Origin: Escherichia coli O157 typing phage 14 | Direction: 5' to 3' (one strand) | Sequence record: KP869112 | DNA length: 64,000 nucleotides | Shown: in pieces, positions 28,035 through 36,291 of the stretch | Layout: every line of letters begins with the position of its first letter | Position numbering within the stretch: position 1 is the first letter of the stretch | The notes under the pieces: model-generated | Database searches by the model: none | The model's input: only the letters and a program-made list of their open reading frames with translations | What the model was told of the DNA's origin: nothing | Made by a program: the position numbers and the translations under genes

Positions 28035-28276
28035 CGTCTCCCCCTTTCCTCCTGGTAGTAGTGACGTAGTTTACAATGGCCCCCAGGAGTACCATCACCA
28101 CGCACATCATAAGAAAAATTATCTCTGTCGTTGTTCGATCCATTGTTATAAAATTCCTCAAGATCAGGCCTGAAAATAAAGCGTTCGTTATTGAATCCAT
28201 CACGCCAGGCGGCTGGCTTCAAATCTTCATTAAAGGGATTAATTAACGTGGTATTATTTAAACGGCTGGCCCACAT
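28031..28276 (-). CDS. hypothetical protein
   Basis: RBS GAGAGGAATAG before ATG; overlaps alternative ORF 28018-28203 in another frame, so call is uncertain. Confidence 0.35.
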   Translation of the reverse strand: MWASRLNNTTLINPFNEDLKPAAWRDGFNNERFIFRPDLEEFYNNGSNNDRDNFSYDVRGDGTPGGHCKLRHYYQEERGRR

Positions 28277-28625
28277 ATTTTCTATTCCTCTCAAATAGGC
28301 GATCCGCCTCAGTTAAACATATCTCATGGGCTTGATCTCTGGTTTTAGCCTCATCAAAAACTTGTTGTGCCAGGCTGCAGCGCAAGGAGACCGGAAGATC
28401 ACTATAATAGGCGTTAACAAAAGTTTGGGCGTCATACAGGTCGGAAAATACTTTACCCTTCTTATTATTATCCTTGTCAACAATTGCAAGGATAACTAGT
28501 ACAATGGTTGCAACCACCCCCAAGAAAATAGATATAATAAACCATAAAAAGGCGGATCTACCCATCTTGCCAGCTATCCAGGCGTTGAACAAGGCAACTA
28601 CTACAGCCAAAATAATAAATTCCAT
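28254..28625 (-). CDS. membrane protein
   Basis: ATG with AAAGAGG RBS at internal Met; two TM helices; ORF-track start 28763 is an extension. Confidence 0.5.
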   Translation of the reverse strand: MEFIILAVVVALFNAWIAGKMGRSAFLWFIISIFLGVVATIVLVILAIVDKDNNKKGKVFSDLYDAQTFVNAYYSDLPVSLRCSLAQQVFDEAKTRDQAHEICLTEADRLFERNRKYVGQPFK

Positions 28626-28692
28626 TCTATGTACCTCTTTTGCAGTTCTGTTTAACAATAAGGCGGCAAATATGCCGCCGCCTGTTACCTGA

Positions 28693-29073
28693 TTAAAAAC
28701 TATCGCCGTAAATCTTCCCGCTTTCTGCCCACACCACCACGCGGGGCATACTATCCCACACATCTTGTTTTAGATTGAGCGCGTGCAATTCTTCGATGGT
28801 GCCCATACCGGGCACGGGCTGATTGTATACTGCAAAACGACCACCCGCATAATCATAGGCTAGAATTAAATCACACTGGATCATCTTTTTGATCATGGCA
28901 TTAAGCATGGCGTTAGCCGCATACTGATCACGTTTTAAAGGCAACTCTTTGATTAGTTTGCGATAGTTTTCGATATGGTCGCACACTGTTTCACGCGGAA
29001 GATCTTTCATATCCTCGCGAAAGGTAACCAGGTTAAACATAACGGTGTAAATAGCTTTGGTAGTGTTTTTCAT
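28693..29073 (-). CDS. hypothetical protein
   Basis: RBS AAAGAGGAAAAC. Confidence 0.5.
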   Translation of the reverse strand: MKNTTKAIYTVMFNLVTFREDMKDLPRETVCDHIENYRKLIKELPLKRDQYAANAMLNAMIKKMIQCDLILAYDYAGGRFAVYNQPVPGMGTIEELHALNLKQDVWDSMPRVVVWAESGKIYGDSF

Positions 29074-29162
29074 GATGTTTTCCTCTTTGTTTTGTGTGGG
29101 GGCAAACGTCTTGCCCCTTGAGTTTTAATATAGCAGGTTTTTAGGTTATTGCAACACTTTAT

Positions 29163-29786
29163 TTATGAAAAAGTCATCTCGCCATATTCATCCACATCAA
29201 ACCGCCAATCATTGGCCTCGATAAGGCCGATCAGGTTTTCGGTGGTGAATTGTTCAAGATAGGCTTGCTCCAGGTCTACGTAAACCTTGCGGGATAACTC
29301 CCGTACCGTCTCGGTGATCAGCTCTTCCAGCTCTTCAACTTTATCCTCTTGCTTGGTGGTCAGGTCTAGCCAATTGGTATCGATGCACCCGCCTATTGTG
29401 TTTTCGTGATGATAATGGCTAAACGGGATACGTTCAACGCTGGCTGACAGTTCGCCATCATGCATTGTGCCGAACAAGTGTCTAATTAAGCGGAATTTTG
29501 TAAGCGCTTTAACCTTACGCAAGAATTTTTCTAAGTTTACATTTTCAGCGCTAATTGATGCGCCGTCGCCTTGACACCAAAAGCCGGACCAATGTATTTC
29601 GGTATCTTCAAGGCCATACTCTGGAAAAACATATTCTTTATAGTACTCAATTACACTTTCTGCAAAAAAGTTATCCCCGCTGTGTTCTTCTCTTTCGCGG
29701 ACCATTTCAACAGCTTTTTCTTTTTGTTCGTCGGTCAGCACGTCGAAAGATAAATTGTAACCTGTAGTAATGTTAACGGTGGTCAT
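29163..29786 (-). CDS. hypothetical acidic protein
   Basis: RBS AATAGGAGAAAAT; no confident motif. Confidence 0.5.
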   Translation of the reverse strand: MTTVNITTGYNLSFDVLTDEQKEKAVEMVREREEHSGDNFFAESVIEYYKEYVFPEYGLEDTEIHWSGFWCQGDGASISAENVNLEKFLRKVKALTKFRLIRHLFGTMHDGELSASVERIPFSHYHHENTIGGCIDTNWLDLTTKQEDKVEELEELITETVRELSRKVYVDLEQAYLEQFTTENLIGLIEANDWRFDVDEYGEMTFS

Positions 29787-29820
29787 GATATTTTCTCCTA
29801 TTTTCTTTGTTAGTGGCGGG

Positions 29821-30094
29821 NNNNNNNNNNNNNNNNNNNNNNNNNNNNNNNNNNNNNNNNNNNNNNNNNNNNNNNNNNNNNNNNNNNNNNNNNNNNNNNN
29901 NNNNNNNNNNNNNNNNNNNNNNNNNNNNNNNNNNNNNNNNNNNNNNNNNNNNNNNNNNNNNNNNNNNNNNNNNNNNNNNNNNNNNNNNNNNNNNNNNNNN
30001 NNNNNNNNNNNNNNNNNNNNNNNNNNNNNNNNNNNNNNNNNNNNNNNNNNNNNNNNNNNNNNNNNNNNNNNNNNNNNNNNNNNNNNNNNNNNNN
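29821..30094. other. assembly gap (run of N)
   Basis: 274 consecutive n characters. Confidence 1.
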
Positions 30095-30247
30095 TTTAAT
30101 CACTGGACGGCCTTGCCAGTGCCCTTGGAGAAAGCGCGCTTTAACTTTATCGGTGGAACTATCACGCCACCAAACGGCTTTATTATTGCAGTAGTAAAAA
30201 TTATTCAGGACAACATCGACTTTATCAAAATTTTTTAATTTACGCAT
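30095..30247 (-). CDS. hypothetical protein, 3' end lost in assembly gap
   Basis: RBS GGAAGGAG before ATG at 30247; ORF runs into N gap. Confidence 0.4.
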
Positions 30248-30282
30248 GGCGTTTACTCCTTCCTTCTTGCTTTGATGTGGTT

Positions 30283-30311
30283 AGTATATCCGGACTATCC
30301 CAAGGTGTCAA
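30283..30311 (-). promoter_or_regulatory. sigma70-like promoter on minus strand (TTGACA, 17 nt, TATACT)
   Basis: Hexamers on minus strand ~35 nt upstream of the 30247 start. Confidence 0.5.
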
Positions 30312-30492
30312 GCTTTAAATAGAATCACTGTCAATAATATTTTTAACGCCATAAAACGGCCCTAGACGCTGTTTTCAGGTTAAGAAAGGGGATTGCATAG
30401 GTAGGGGCCTTTATGGCGCTTGTAGGGCCAACCAGGGGCGCTATCGGCGGGATAGAAATAAAAAGCCCCGCACAATGGCGGGGCGTTGGTTG

Positions 30493-30690
30493 CTATTTGT
30501 CTTTGTGGCGGTATCGTTCCGCCTGTCGTTCACGTTCCAAAAGCAGGCCCGGTAATTTGCGATCATAGTGATTTCTCCAGATCTTCCCGAACCTTTTCGG
30601 TTTATTCGGTTTATTGTTACGCTGGCGGCGTTCCGGCAGCTCTTCGGAATCGTGGGGGCGCTTTACAATTTTTTCGAAATTAATTTTCAT
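30493..30690 (-). CDS. small basic protein
   Basis: ATG with AAGGGGG RBS; arginine/lysine-rich. Confidence 0.4.
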   Translation of the reverse strand: MKINFEKIVKRPHDSEELPERRQRNNKPNKPKRFGKIWRNHYDRKLPGLLLERERQAERYRHKDK

Positions 30691-31033
30691 AAACGCCCCC
30701 TTTACTGATCTCAATATTTGCCTGAATCGCCCGGATACGACGTTTTATAGTCTCCTGATCCTTGCAATCATATCCCCAAAAGTCTACGATTTTTGCGCCG
30801 CCAGCCTTTAAGCGGTATAATGTTTCTTGCATCTTGTAAGCTGGGATCGGTCTCGGTGTTACCTGGTCCCCTTTCTCATCCTTGTACTTGATAATGTAGT
30901 CTTCATTGTCGTTGAATACCCAAAATGGGTATTCTGTAAGCGCGTTGCTCTCTTTTTCGTTTTTGGATTGGATCTTGTTTACAATTAAAGCCGTAGCAAT
31001 AGCGCCAATAATAAAACTTGCCCCGCTGATCAT
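30680..31033 (-). CDS. membrane-anchored protein
   Basis: ATG with AAAGGAGAAAG RBS; N-terminal TM helix. Confidence 0.45.
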   Translation of the reverse strand: MISGASFIIGAIATALIVNKIQSKNEKESNALTEYPFWVFNDNEDYIIKYKDEKGDQVTPRPIPAYKMQETLYRLKAGGAKIVDFWGYDCKDQETIKRRIRAIQANIEISKGGVYEN

Positions 31034-31109
31034 GTTACTTTCTCCTTTCATTGTGCTGATAAACTATCTTTATAGATGGCCCTGCTACCAGGACCACCGA
31101 AAAAACAGT

Positions 31110-31355
31110 TTATTTGACGATACCGACAAAACAGATCCCGCCTTCCCCTATATAGGCAACATCGGTAATTTTATAATTTGTCAAGATCCGCGTGTTCAGA
31201 TCATTAATAAAATCGGTCATCGCGTTGGTGTAGTTGTCTTCCGTGTCTAAGGCATAATCCCAGGTGTAAACCTTTTTACGTCCGAAGCCTTTTACCATGA
31301 TACGGGCGCTTTTGGTGTTGGTAGGGGCATAATATTTGGTGATTAGTGCTGCCAT
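31110..31355 (-). CDS. hypothetical protein
   Basis: RBS AGAGGAG. Confidence 0.5.
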   Translation of the reverse strand: MAALITKYYAPTNTKSARIMVKGFGRKKVYTWDYALDTEDNYTNAMTDFINDLNTRILTNYKITDVAYIGEGGICFVGIVK

Positions 31356-31398
31356 GGTTTTAACTCCTCTGAATTAGTTCAGTGTTAACAGTATAAAG

Positions 31399-31442
31399 TT
31401 TACTTTATTGATGGCCCTGAAGTCAAGGCCATCTAAAAATAA
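31399..31442. repeat. 45 bp conserved intergenic repeat, copy 2
   Basis: Near-identical to 27528 and 32019 copies; directly abuts stop of 31445 gene. Confidence 0.65.
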
Positions 31443-31444
31443 TC

Positions 31445-31786
31445 TTACTCGTTTTCTTCCAGCTCTGCAAGCTCTTCTTTTGCTTCTTCTAACTCTGTCT
31501 GTAGTTCCTGGTATTCTTCATCGTCCTCAATATCCAGGCTGTCGATGTAGTCGCTAAATCCGCAGCGGTAAGCGATAGGATCTAGCTCCTCGAGGATACG
31601 CGACGGAAGAAAAGAAATGTTTCCGATCATAATTTCGCCGTAGATCTCGTCTAACCATTCATCATAGTTTTCGTCGTACTTGTCCTCGTCGATTTCAAAG
31701 TTATCGATCTTATTCTCAAGGTCTGCGATCTGTTTTTTCAGCGCGGCGATCTGCATGGCTTTTTCTGCGGCGGTCATAGTAGTCAT
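31445..31786 (-). CDS. hypothetical acidic coiled-coil protein
   Basis: RBS AAAAGGAGAAAAAC. Confidence 0.5.
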   Translation of the reverse strand: MTTMTAAEKAMQIAALKKQIADLENKIDNFEIDEDKYDENYDEWLDEIYGEIMIGNISFLPSRILEELDPIAYRCGFSDYIDSLDIEDDEEYQELQTELEEAKEELAELEENE

Positions 31787-31865
31787 GGTGTTTTTCTCCT
31801 TTTGTGTGTTCTGGGAAGTTTTCCCGTCTATGTGTTTAGTATACTGATCTAAGTTAGCTTGTCAA

Positions 31866-31985
31866 TTAAAAGTTTAAGAAAAATTTTGCGATACCGTTGG
31901 CGCTACCCATCAACATTTGCGCCAGGATGTAACCAATGATGCAAACGATAATAGTTACCTTTGTGTGCTGGCGTGTAGTACTCAT
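31866..31985 (-). CDS. small hydrophobic peptide (39 aa)
   Basis: RBS AAGGGGG before ATG; TM helix. Confidence 0.4.
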   Translation of the reverse strand: MSTTRQHTKVTIIVCIIGYILAQMLMGSANGIAKFFLNF

Positions 31986-32018
31986 CTTTAAGCCCCCTTT
32001 CCGCTCAACTGTGGTTAG

Positions 32019-32063
32019 TTTACTTTATTGATGGCCCTGAAGTCAAGGCCATCTAAAAATAAA
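32019..32063. repeat. 45 bp conserved intergenic repeat, copy 3
   Basis: Near-identical to copies 1 and 2; directly abuts stop of 32065 gene. Confidence 0.65.
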
Positions 32064-32064
32064 C

Positions 32065-32469
32065 TCAGTAAGTTTTCAGTACTTTACCGTCCAACCTGTC
32101 AAGCTGGATCTCGATAGCTGCAGAAAACCTATTGTAAACCACATCGCCCATAGAATCCAACCAGTCTATGACATTATACACTTGCTCTTTGTTCTTGCAG
32201 GTCCGGATCCGTTTCATGATGTAAGCCGGATCAATATTGGTACTCTCGTTGGTGTTCCCCTGTACCTGGTTTGCCGTATTAGTTACATCTTTAATGGCCT
32301 TTACCACCACCTGGAATGGCTTTAAGGTGCCTTTTGCGTTCATCTCACGCGCTTTTGCGGCGCGGTTGTTATATGTTACACAACGGCGGCAAATGTTGAC
32401 CAAATGCATATCAATAATTTTTTCATCGTTTGCCAGTTCGTTCATGATGCGGCGTACGTTCTTATTCAT
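32065..32469 (-). CDS. hypothetical protein
   Basis: RBS AAAGGAAAAAG. Confidence 0.5.
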   Translation of the reverse strand: MNKNVRRIMNELANDEKIIDMHLVNICRRCVTYNNRAAKAREMNAKGTLKPFQVVVKAIKDVTNTANQVQGNTNESTNIDPAYIMKRIRTCKNKEQVYNVIDWLDSMGDVVYNRFSAAIEIQLDRLDGKVLKTY

Positions 32470-32552
32470 GATCTTTTTCCTTTGTGTTGGCGGGAAACAT
32501 TCCCGCCTTTTGTGCCTAGTTTACTTTAATTTTGCAGCGTGTCAATAATTTT

Positions 32553-32951
32553 TTATTCATGGGCGCATGTTACAATGTGCTTTTTATAGCCCAGGTGGTC
32601 AGCAAGTGCCGACAAAAACTCTTCTTCGTAGATCCAGCCGTCGGCAGTGATCCCCATAGCATTTAATGCGCTCTCAAGTGCTGCGTTAGCTTTATCATAA
32701 CCGTGACCGCTCGCCTTGCCGCCAGTATAGCCGTACTTATTGTTCTTGTTGTCGTGTATCCAAAAAACGCAGTAGTAAGTGTTCCCGCTGGCGGCGGCAT
32801 AATACCGGATCTCAGCTACTTCGTGCAAATTATTGTCATCGTCCAGGCCCACCAGATTATAAGCCTTGTAAAATCCACGATCACGGCGGCAGTTCTTGAC
32901 ATCAGAAAAAGAAAAGTCTGCATTATCAAAATTAAAGGTAGTGGTTTTCAT
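32553..32951 (-). CDS. hypothetical protein
   Basis: ORF-track ORF with purine-rich upstream region. Confidence 0.5.
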   Translation of the reverse strand: MKTTTFNFDNADFSFSDVKNCRRDRGFYKAYNLVGLDDDNNLHEVAEIRYYAAASGNTYYCVFWIHDNKNNKYGYTGGKASGHGYDKANAALESALNAMGITADGWIYEEEFLSALADHLGYKKHIVTCAHE

Positions 32952-33015
32952 GATTTTATCCTCTTAGTGTCTTTTGTGCTTTTAGTGTATTTGGTGTCGG
33001 ACTATATGTCAATAC

Positions 33016-33213
33016 TTATTTTTTATTAAACCAGTGGTTGATCTGACCTTTTGTCAGGGCGCAACGATTAAGCTGTTGCAGGGTATAGCTATGACCGCGA
33101 CGAAATTTATAAAGGCCTTGCCCGTTGTTGATGGTTACATCCACCCGGCAAATCACTTGATTGGTGACCACCTGGCGAGTGTTGCGACGTACTTTGATCC
33201 CGTATGCGTTCAT
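33016..33213 (-). CDS. hypothetical basic protein
   Basis: ATG with AAAGAGGATAAA RBS; ORF-track start 33291 is a TTG lying inside the promoter -35. Confidence 0.45.
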   Translation of the reverse strand: MNAYGIKVRRNTRQVVTNQVICRVDVTINNGQGLYKFRRGHSYTLQQLNRCALTKGQINHWFNKK

Positions 33214-33262
33214 AAATTTATCCTCTTTACTGGTTAGTGCGGTGTTGTTCACCTTGTAGGGT

Positions 33263-33291
33263 AATAATACCATGATTAACCTTGTTGTCAA
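33263..33291 (-). promoter_or_regulatory. sigma70-like promoter on minus strand (TTGACA, 17 nt, ATTATT)
   Basis: Hexamers on minus strand at the head of the 23-33 kb small-gene block. Confidence 0.5.
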
Positions 33292-33557
33292 CGACTATTT
33301 TAAATTATTTTTATGATAGAATCCACCTGCCGCCCCCGCCAGGTTAACCACCATTTTTTCGTACTCTTCTTTATGTTCCAACGCTCCCGCCATAGCCTTT
33401 TCAACCAGGGCGATAGCCTCAGCGTCATTAATCGCTACATTTTCCAGGGGATCATATTACCTTTCATTTTTGTACCTCCTCTCCAGTTGTTGCCTACCCT
33501 ATAGCATAGCCCTACCAGGTTTGCAAGCTTTCACTCTCCCCTGCCAGGCTGGCCCCG

Positions 33558-33600
33558 CCAGGTCCTGGCAGTGGGCGCACCTGGTTATAATTTTTTTTTT
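33558..33600 (+). terminator. hairpin (CCAGGT/ACCTGG and CTGCCAGG/CCTGGCAG) followed by T10 run
   Basis: Inverted repeats and ten consecutive T seen in sequence. Confidence 0.35.
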
Positions 33601-33607
33601 GAAAGGT

Positions 33608-33636
33608 GTTGACAGCGGCCCCGCCAGGTGGCACAA
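33608..33636 (+). promoter_or_regulatory. candidate promoter (TTGACA, 17 nt, TGgCACAAT)
   Basis: Perfect -35, TG-extended weak -10, immediately upstream of conserved element copy 2. Confidence 0.35.
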
Positions 33637-33653
33637 TATACCTATCGAAAGGA

Positions 33654-33690
33654 CGGCAGGCACCGGTGACGGGGGAGACAACCACCGGGG
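33654..33690 (+). ncRNA. candidate small RNA / regulatory element, copy 2 (CGGCAGGCACCGGTGACGGGGGAGACAACCACCGGGG)
   Basis: Promoter-proximal, no ORF, paralogous to 24548 and 33791 elements. Confidence 0.25.
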
Positions 33691-33754
33691 ATGGGCGCTG
33701 CATAAAATGAGAACGGTTATCATTATCATTTAAAAATTTATGCAAAAAATCCTT

Positions 33755-33783
33755 GCTTTCTTTGTCCTGTGTGATACTATAAT
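33755..33783 (+). promoter_or_regulatory. candidate promoter with perfect TATAAT -10 and weak -35
   Basis: TATAAT at 33778-33783 upstream of element copy 3. Confidence 0.3.
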
Positions 33784-33790
33784 AACAAGC

Positions 33791-33830
33791 CGGGGCAACA
33801 GGGGCCGGGAGACAATCACCGGGCCTGCCC
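33791..33830 (+). ncRNA. candidate small RNA / regulatory element, copy 3 (diverged)
   Basis: Shares GGGAGACAATCACCGGG core and downstream GAGAATGATTATCATT block with copy 2. Confidence 0.2.
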
Positions 33831-33959
33831 GTTATTCTGCAAACGAGAATGATTATCATTCAAAATTCTAAATGAGAACTCCTCACATTTAATAAATTTA
33901 ATTAGCATGCTAATTACCCTCCGTAACAATTTCCTATAAAACAGTATCCCATAAAATAT

Positions 33960-34440
33960 TCCCATATAGAAATTTTAAAAATCCATTTCTGAAAACGAAA
34001 AATCGATTTCGTCCCCAAAAATTTCAGGTCGAGATCCGGAACGATTTCCAGAAAATCCGATTCAGAAAACGAAAAACAGATCGAGTACTGAGAAATTTAT
34101 CGAGAAAAATTTTCAGAAAATCCAAGCCCTGAAATGAAAAGTAGATCGAGTACCTGGAAAGCTGCACCGCAACTTCAAGATAGTGGTTAGATTGTTACCA
34201 TAGAAGGTCAAGGGTAAGTGGAGGAAGTTCTGGTAGAGGGAGGTTAGCATGTGTGGGAAATCTATAATGGTGGCCTGGAATATGGTGCAAACGATAGGAT
34301 GAGTTATTCAGCTTGTCGCGCCTACTCTGAAAAATCCATTTTAGTTTTCGATCCATTTTCTGATTTTCTAAGAATTTTAAAATATCCAGCCTGGTGAAAT
34401 ATCAAAAGGAGGAAATCCATTTTAGAAATCCCCCTTATAC
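33960..34440. repeat. AT-rich repeat tract: AAATCCATTTT (x4), TTCAGAAAACGAAAAA-like (x2), GATCGAGTAC (x2), CAGAAAATCC (x2)
   Basis: Short direct repeats read in a ~0.5 kb ORF-free stretch. Confidence 0.5.
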
Positions 34441-34465
34441 TTGATATGCCAGGAATTTTCAAGTA

Positions 34466-34795
34466 TCAGTTGTCTTTGTTTTTAGGTTTGTACATGCGCA
34501 GAGGTATGGTCTTTGTAACATTCCATTTCCTCAACCCTTCCCAGCTCCAGTTGTGGGCGTGGTATCCGGTTATGCATGCACTACTGGGGTGATCGTAAGC
34601 ATAAGAGAACGCTAAGCGCACCAGGTGGGGCCAGTCCTTCCATGGTTGTGGACCGTAAGCTTTTCTCCAACACCGACACAAACTAAATGTCTCAAGGATA
34701 GGAAGGATAACAAACCCATACACTGTCACCAAAATAGCCAGCGCAATGATTGTCAGGAATACATACCCTGCAGTTGAAACGATGATCTCTGTCAT
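34466..34795 (-). CDS. membrane protein
   Basis: RBS AAAGGGGA; N-terminal TM helices. Confidence 0.5.
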   Translation of the reverse strand: MTEIIVSTAGYVFLTIIALAILVTVYGFVILPILETFSLCRCWRKAYGPQPWKDWPHLVRLAFSYAYDHPSSACITGYHAHNWSWEGLRKWNVTKTIPLRMYKPKNKDN

Positions 34796-34995
34796 TTGTC
34801 GTCCCCTTTCTTACGAATATAGATGTGAGAGCCTGCCTGTATATAAATTTCTCGACCATCCTCTGCAAAGATATGAAATACACGATCACCTTCGTACTCG
34901 ATACGAGATATCTTCATAATGGTCTTTCCACCTGGGATACGGATCTCGTCTCCCACAGCGATGTTCCATGCAGATTTAAGCTTAAACATCTGCAC
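34792..34995 (-). CDS. hypothetical protein
   Basis: RBS AAAGGAGGG. Confidence 0.5.
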   Translation of the reverse strand: MQMFKLKSAWNIAVGDEIRIPGGKTIMKISRIEYEGDRVFHIFAEDGREIYIQAGSHIYIRKKGDDK

Positions 34996-35227
34996 CCTCC
35001 TTTGGGAACTTAAACTCTGGCATAGCCATATACGCTACAACAGGGTTGTGATCAAAGTAGAACTGACCGTTAATTATCCCGGTTTTGTCCACATAGTTAC
35101 CAGATCCTGCAAGAACAACCTCGCAAGCTCCGAAATCCACCTTGCCATTCTCATCTGCCATGGCTACAATATACTTTCCTAGAGGCATGTTTTTAACGCC
35201 GTCTACAAATGTCCACCCTTTGTTCAT
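34982..35227 (-). CDS. hypothetical protein
   Basis: RBS GCAGGAGATAAAG. Confidence 0.5.
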   Translation of the reverse strand: MNKGWTFVDGVKNMPLGKYIVAMADENGKVDFGACEVVLAGSGNYVDKTGIINGQFYFDHNPVVAYMAMPEFKFPKEGADV

Positions 35228-35248
35228 AACTTTATCTCCTGCATTCTC

Positions 35249-35581
35249 TTAAGGTAACCAGTAAACAATCTCACCTTTCAGCTTCATGTCGTTTCCAACA
35301 TAAATTTGCCAGCCATCCATCTTAGCAACTGTAGGCCCAAAGTCATCCGCACCTCTTACCTCTTTCCAGGCTCCGTAGTCAGGTTGCCAGATATAGAATC
35401 CACCTTCTTTGTCCCATGCTCCGTACACTACGTTTAACAGGTTTCCCATTGCAACAATGGTGGGCCGTGGGAATAATACATCTACAGATGCGCCACAATT
35501 TCGGGTATCTTTTAAGTTGCAATCCCAAAAGATGTCTGCCAGTGTGGCAGCGATAGCTTTACGTCTTTCTAATGTTACCAT
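35249..35581 (-). CDS. hypothetical protein
   Basis: ORF-track ORF; moderate RBS. Confidence 0.5.
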   Translation of the reverse strand: MVTLERRKAIAATLADIFWDCNLKDTRNCGASVDVLFPRPTIVAMGNLLNVVYGAWDKEGGFYIWQPDYGAWKEVRGADDFGPTVAKMDGWQIYVGNDMKLKGEIVYWLP

Positions 35582-35590
35582 ATATCATAC

Positions 35591-35782
35591 TCACTTGTTG
35601 TTAATAAGTTCTAAAACTTTCTGTCTTACTTTGTCAAGGTCTGTTGATTCAAAAACTGTACGATATCCCCAACTTTGCCCATAGGAGTGACTGCAATCCC
35701 CGTAGCACCATTGCTCAATTTGATAGTATTCAAGGAACGGGTGCTGTCTAACTATGATACCATCCCGGTTAAAAATTACCAT
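35591..35782 (-). CDS. hypothetical protein
   Basis: ORF-track ORF. Confidence 0.45.
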   Translation of the reverse strand: MVIFNRDGIIVRQHPFLEYYQIEQWCYGDCSHSYGQSWGYRTVFESTDLDKVRQKVLELINNK

Positions 35783-35845
35783 AATACATCACTCTCTGTT
35801 AGTTTATGCGTATATTATACACTGCAGTTTTCAGATGTCAACCTC

Positions 35846-36040
35846 TTACAGATTGCTCCAGTACAATCGGCATTTACATTTTGGGCAATGAGGTTCTTTT
35901 ATGTAATAACCGTCAGTCTTTGGAACACTTTTTGGTGCAGTTTTAAGATTGTACCTGGTAAAACATCGGAAGCAGGTTACCTCTCCCACCTGTTGATCGT
36001 TGATCCACTCACCGGAGTAAAGTTCTTTCTTGTTTCTCAT
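35846..36040 (-). CDS. small zinc-ribbon protein
   Basis: ATG with GGGAGAG RBS; CxxC...CxxC; ORF-track start 36097 is an extension. Confidence 0.45.
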   Translation of the reverse strand: MRNKKELYSGEWINDQQVGEVTCFRCFTRYNLKTAPKSVPKTDGYYIKEPHCPKCKCRLYWSNL

Positions 36041-36291
36041 AATTCTCTCCCAAATCCTCTGCAATCTTATACCAAAATCTCCAGCCAGAAAGCACACGGG
36101 AACACTTTGAGGATTGAATCTTTACCTGGTTCAGCAGTTCTTTTTCCGTAGGGTAGGTAGAAATACCCTCCTGCAGATTCGAACACAGCCCCTTCGGTTG
36201 TATCTATCACAGCTAGAATTAAGATTTTAGTCTCCACAGTGCTCTCCTCTCTTAGTTGTCGTGGAAACTATATCACCTCAGAAGATGGCCG

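Noticed and set aside
28018-28203. ORF 28018-28203 (-) as the real gene instead of 28031-28276
   Set aside because: Not fully rejected: both overlapping frames are plausible. 28031-28276 has the better RBS, but the alternative encodes a hydrophobic peptide; kept as low-confidence ambiguity.
29770-30247. ORF-track ORFs 29770-30099 (+), 29807-30238 (+) and the X-containing part of 29810-30247 (-)
   Set aside because: They are open only because they run through the N gap; translation is mostly X.
27528-32063. Possible CRISPR array from the three 45 bp repeats
   Set aside because: Copies are 0.6 kb and 3.8 kb apart with protein-coding genes between them; no regular repeat-spacer periodicity and no cas genes.
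33313-33859. ORFs 33313-33504 (+), 33470-33733 (+), 33499-33729 (-), 33512-33859 (-)
   Set aside because: They lie in the repeat-rich non-coding island, lack RBS, have low-complexity translations, and overlap the conserved element and promoters.
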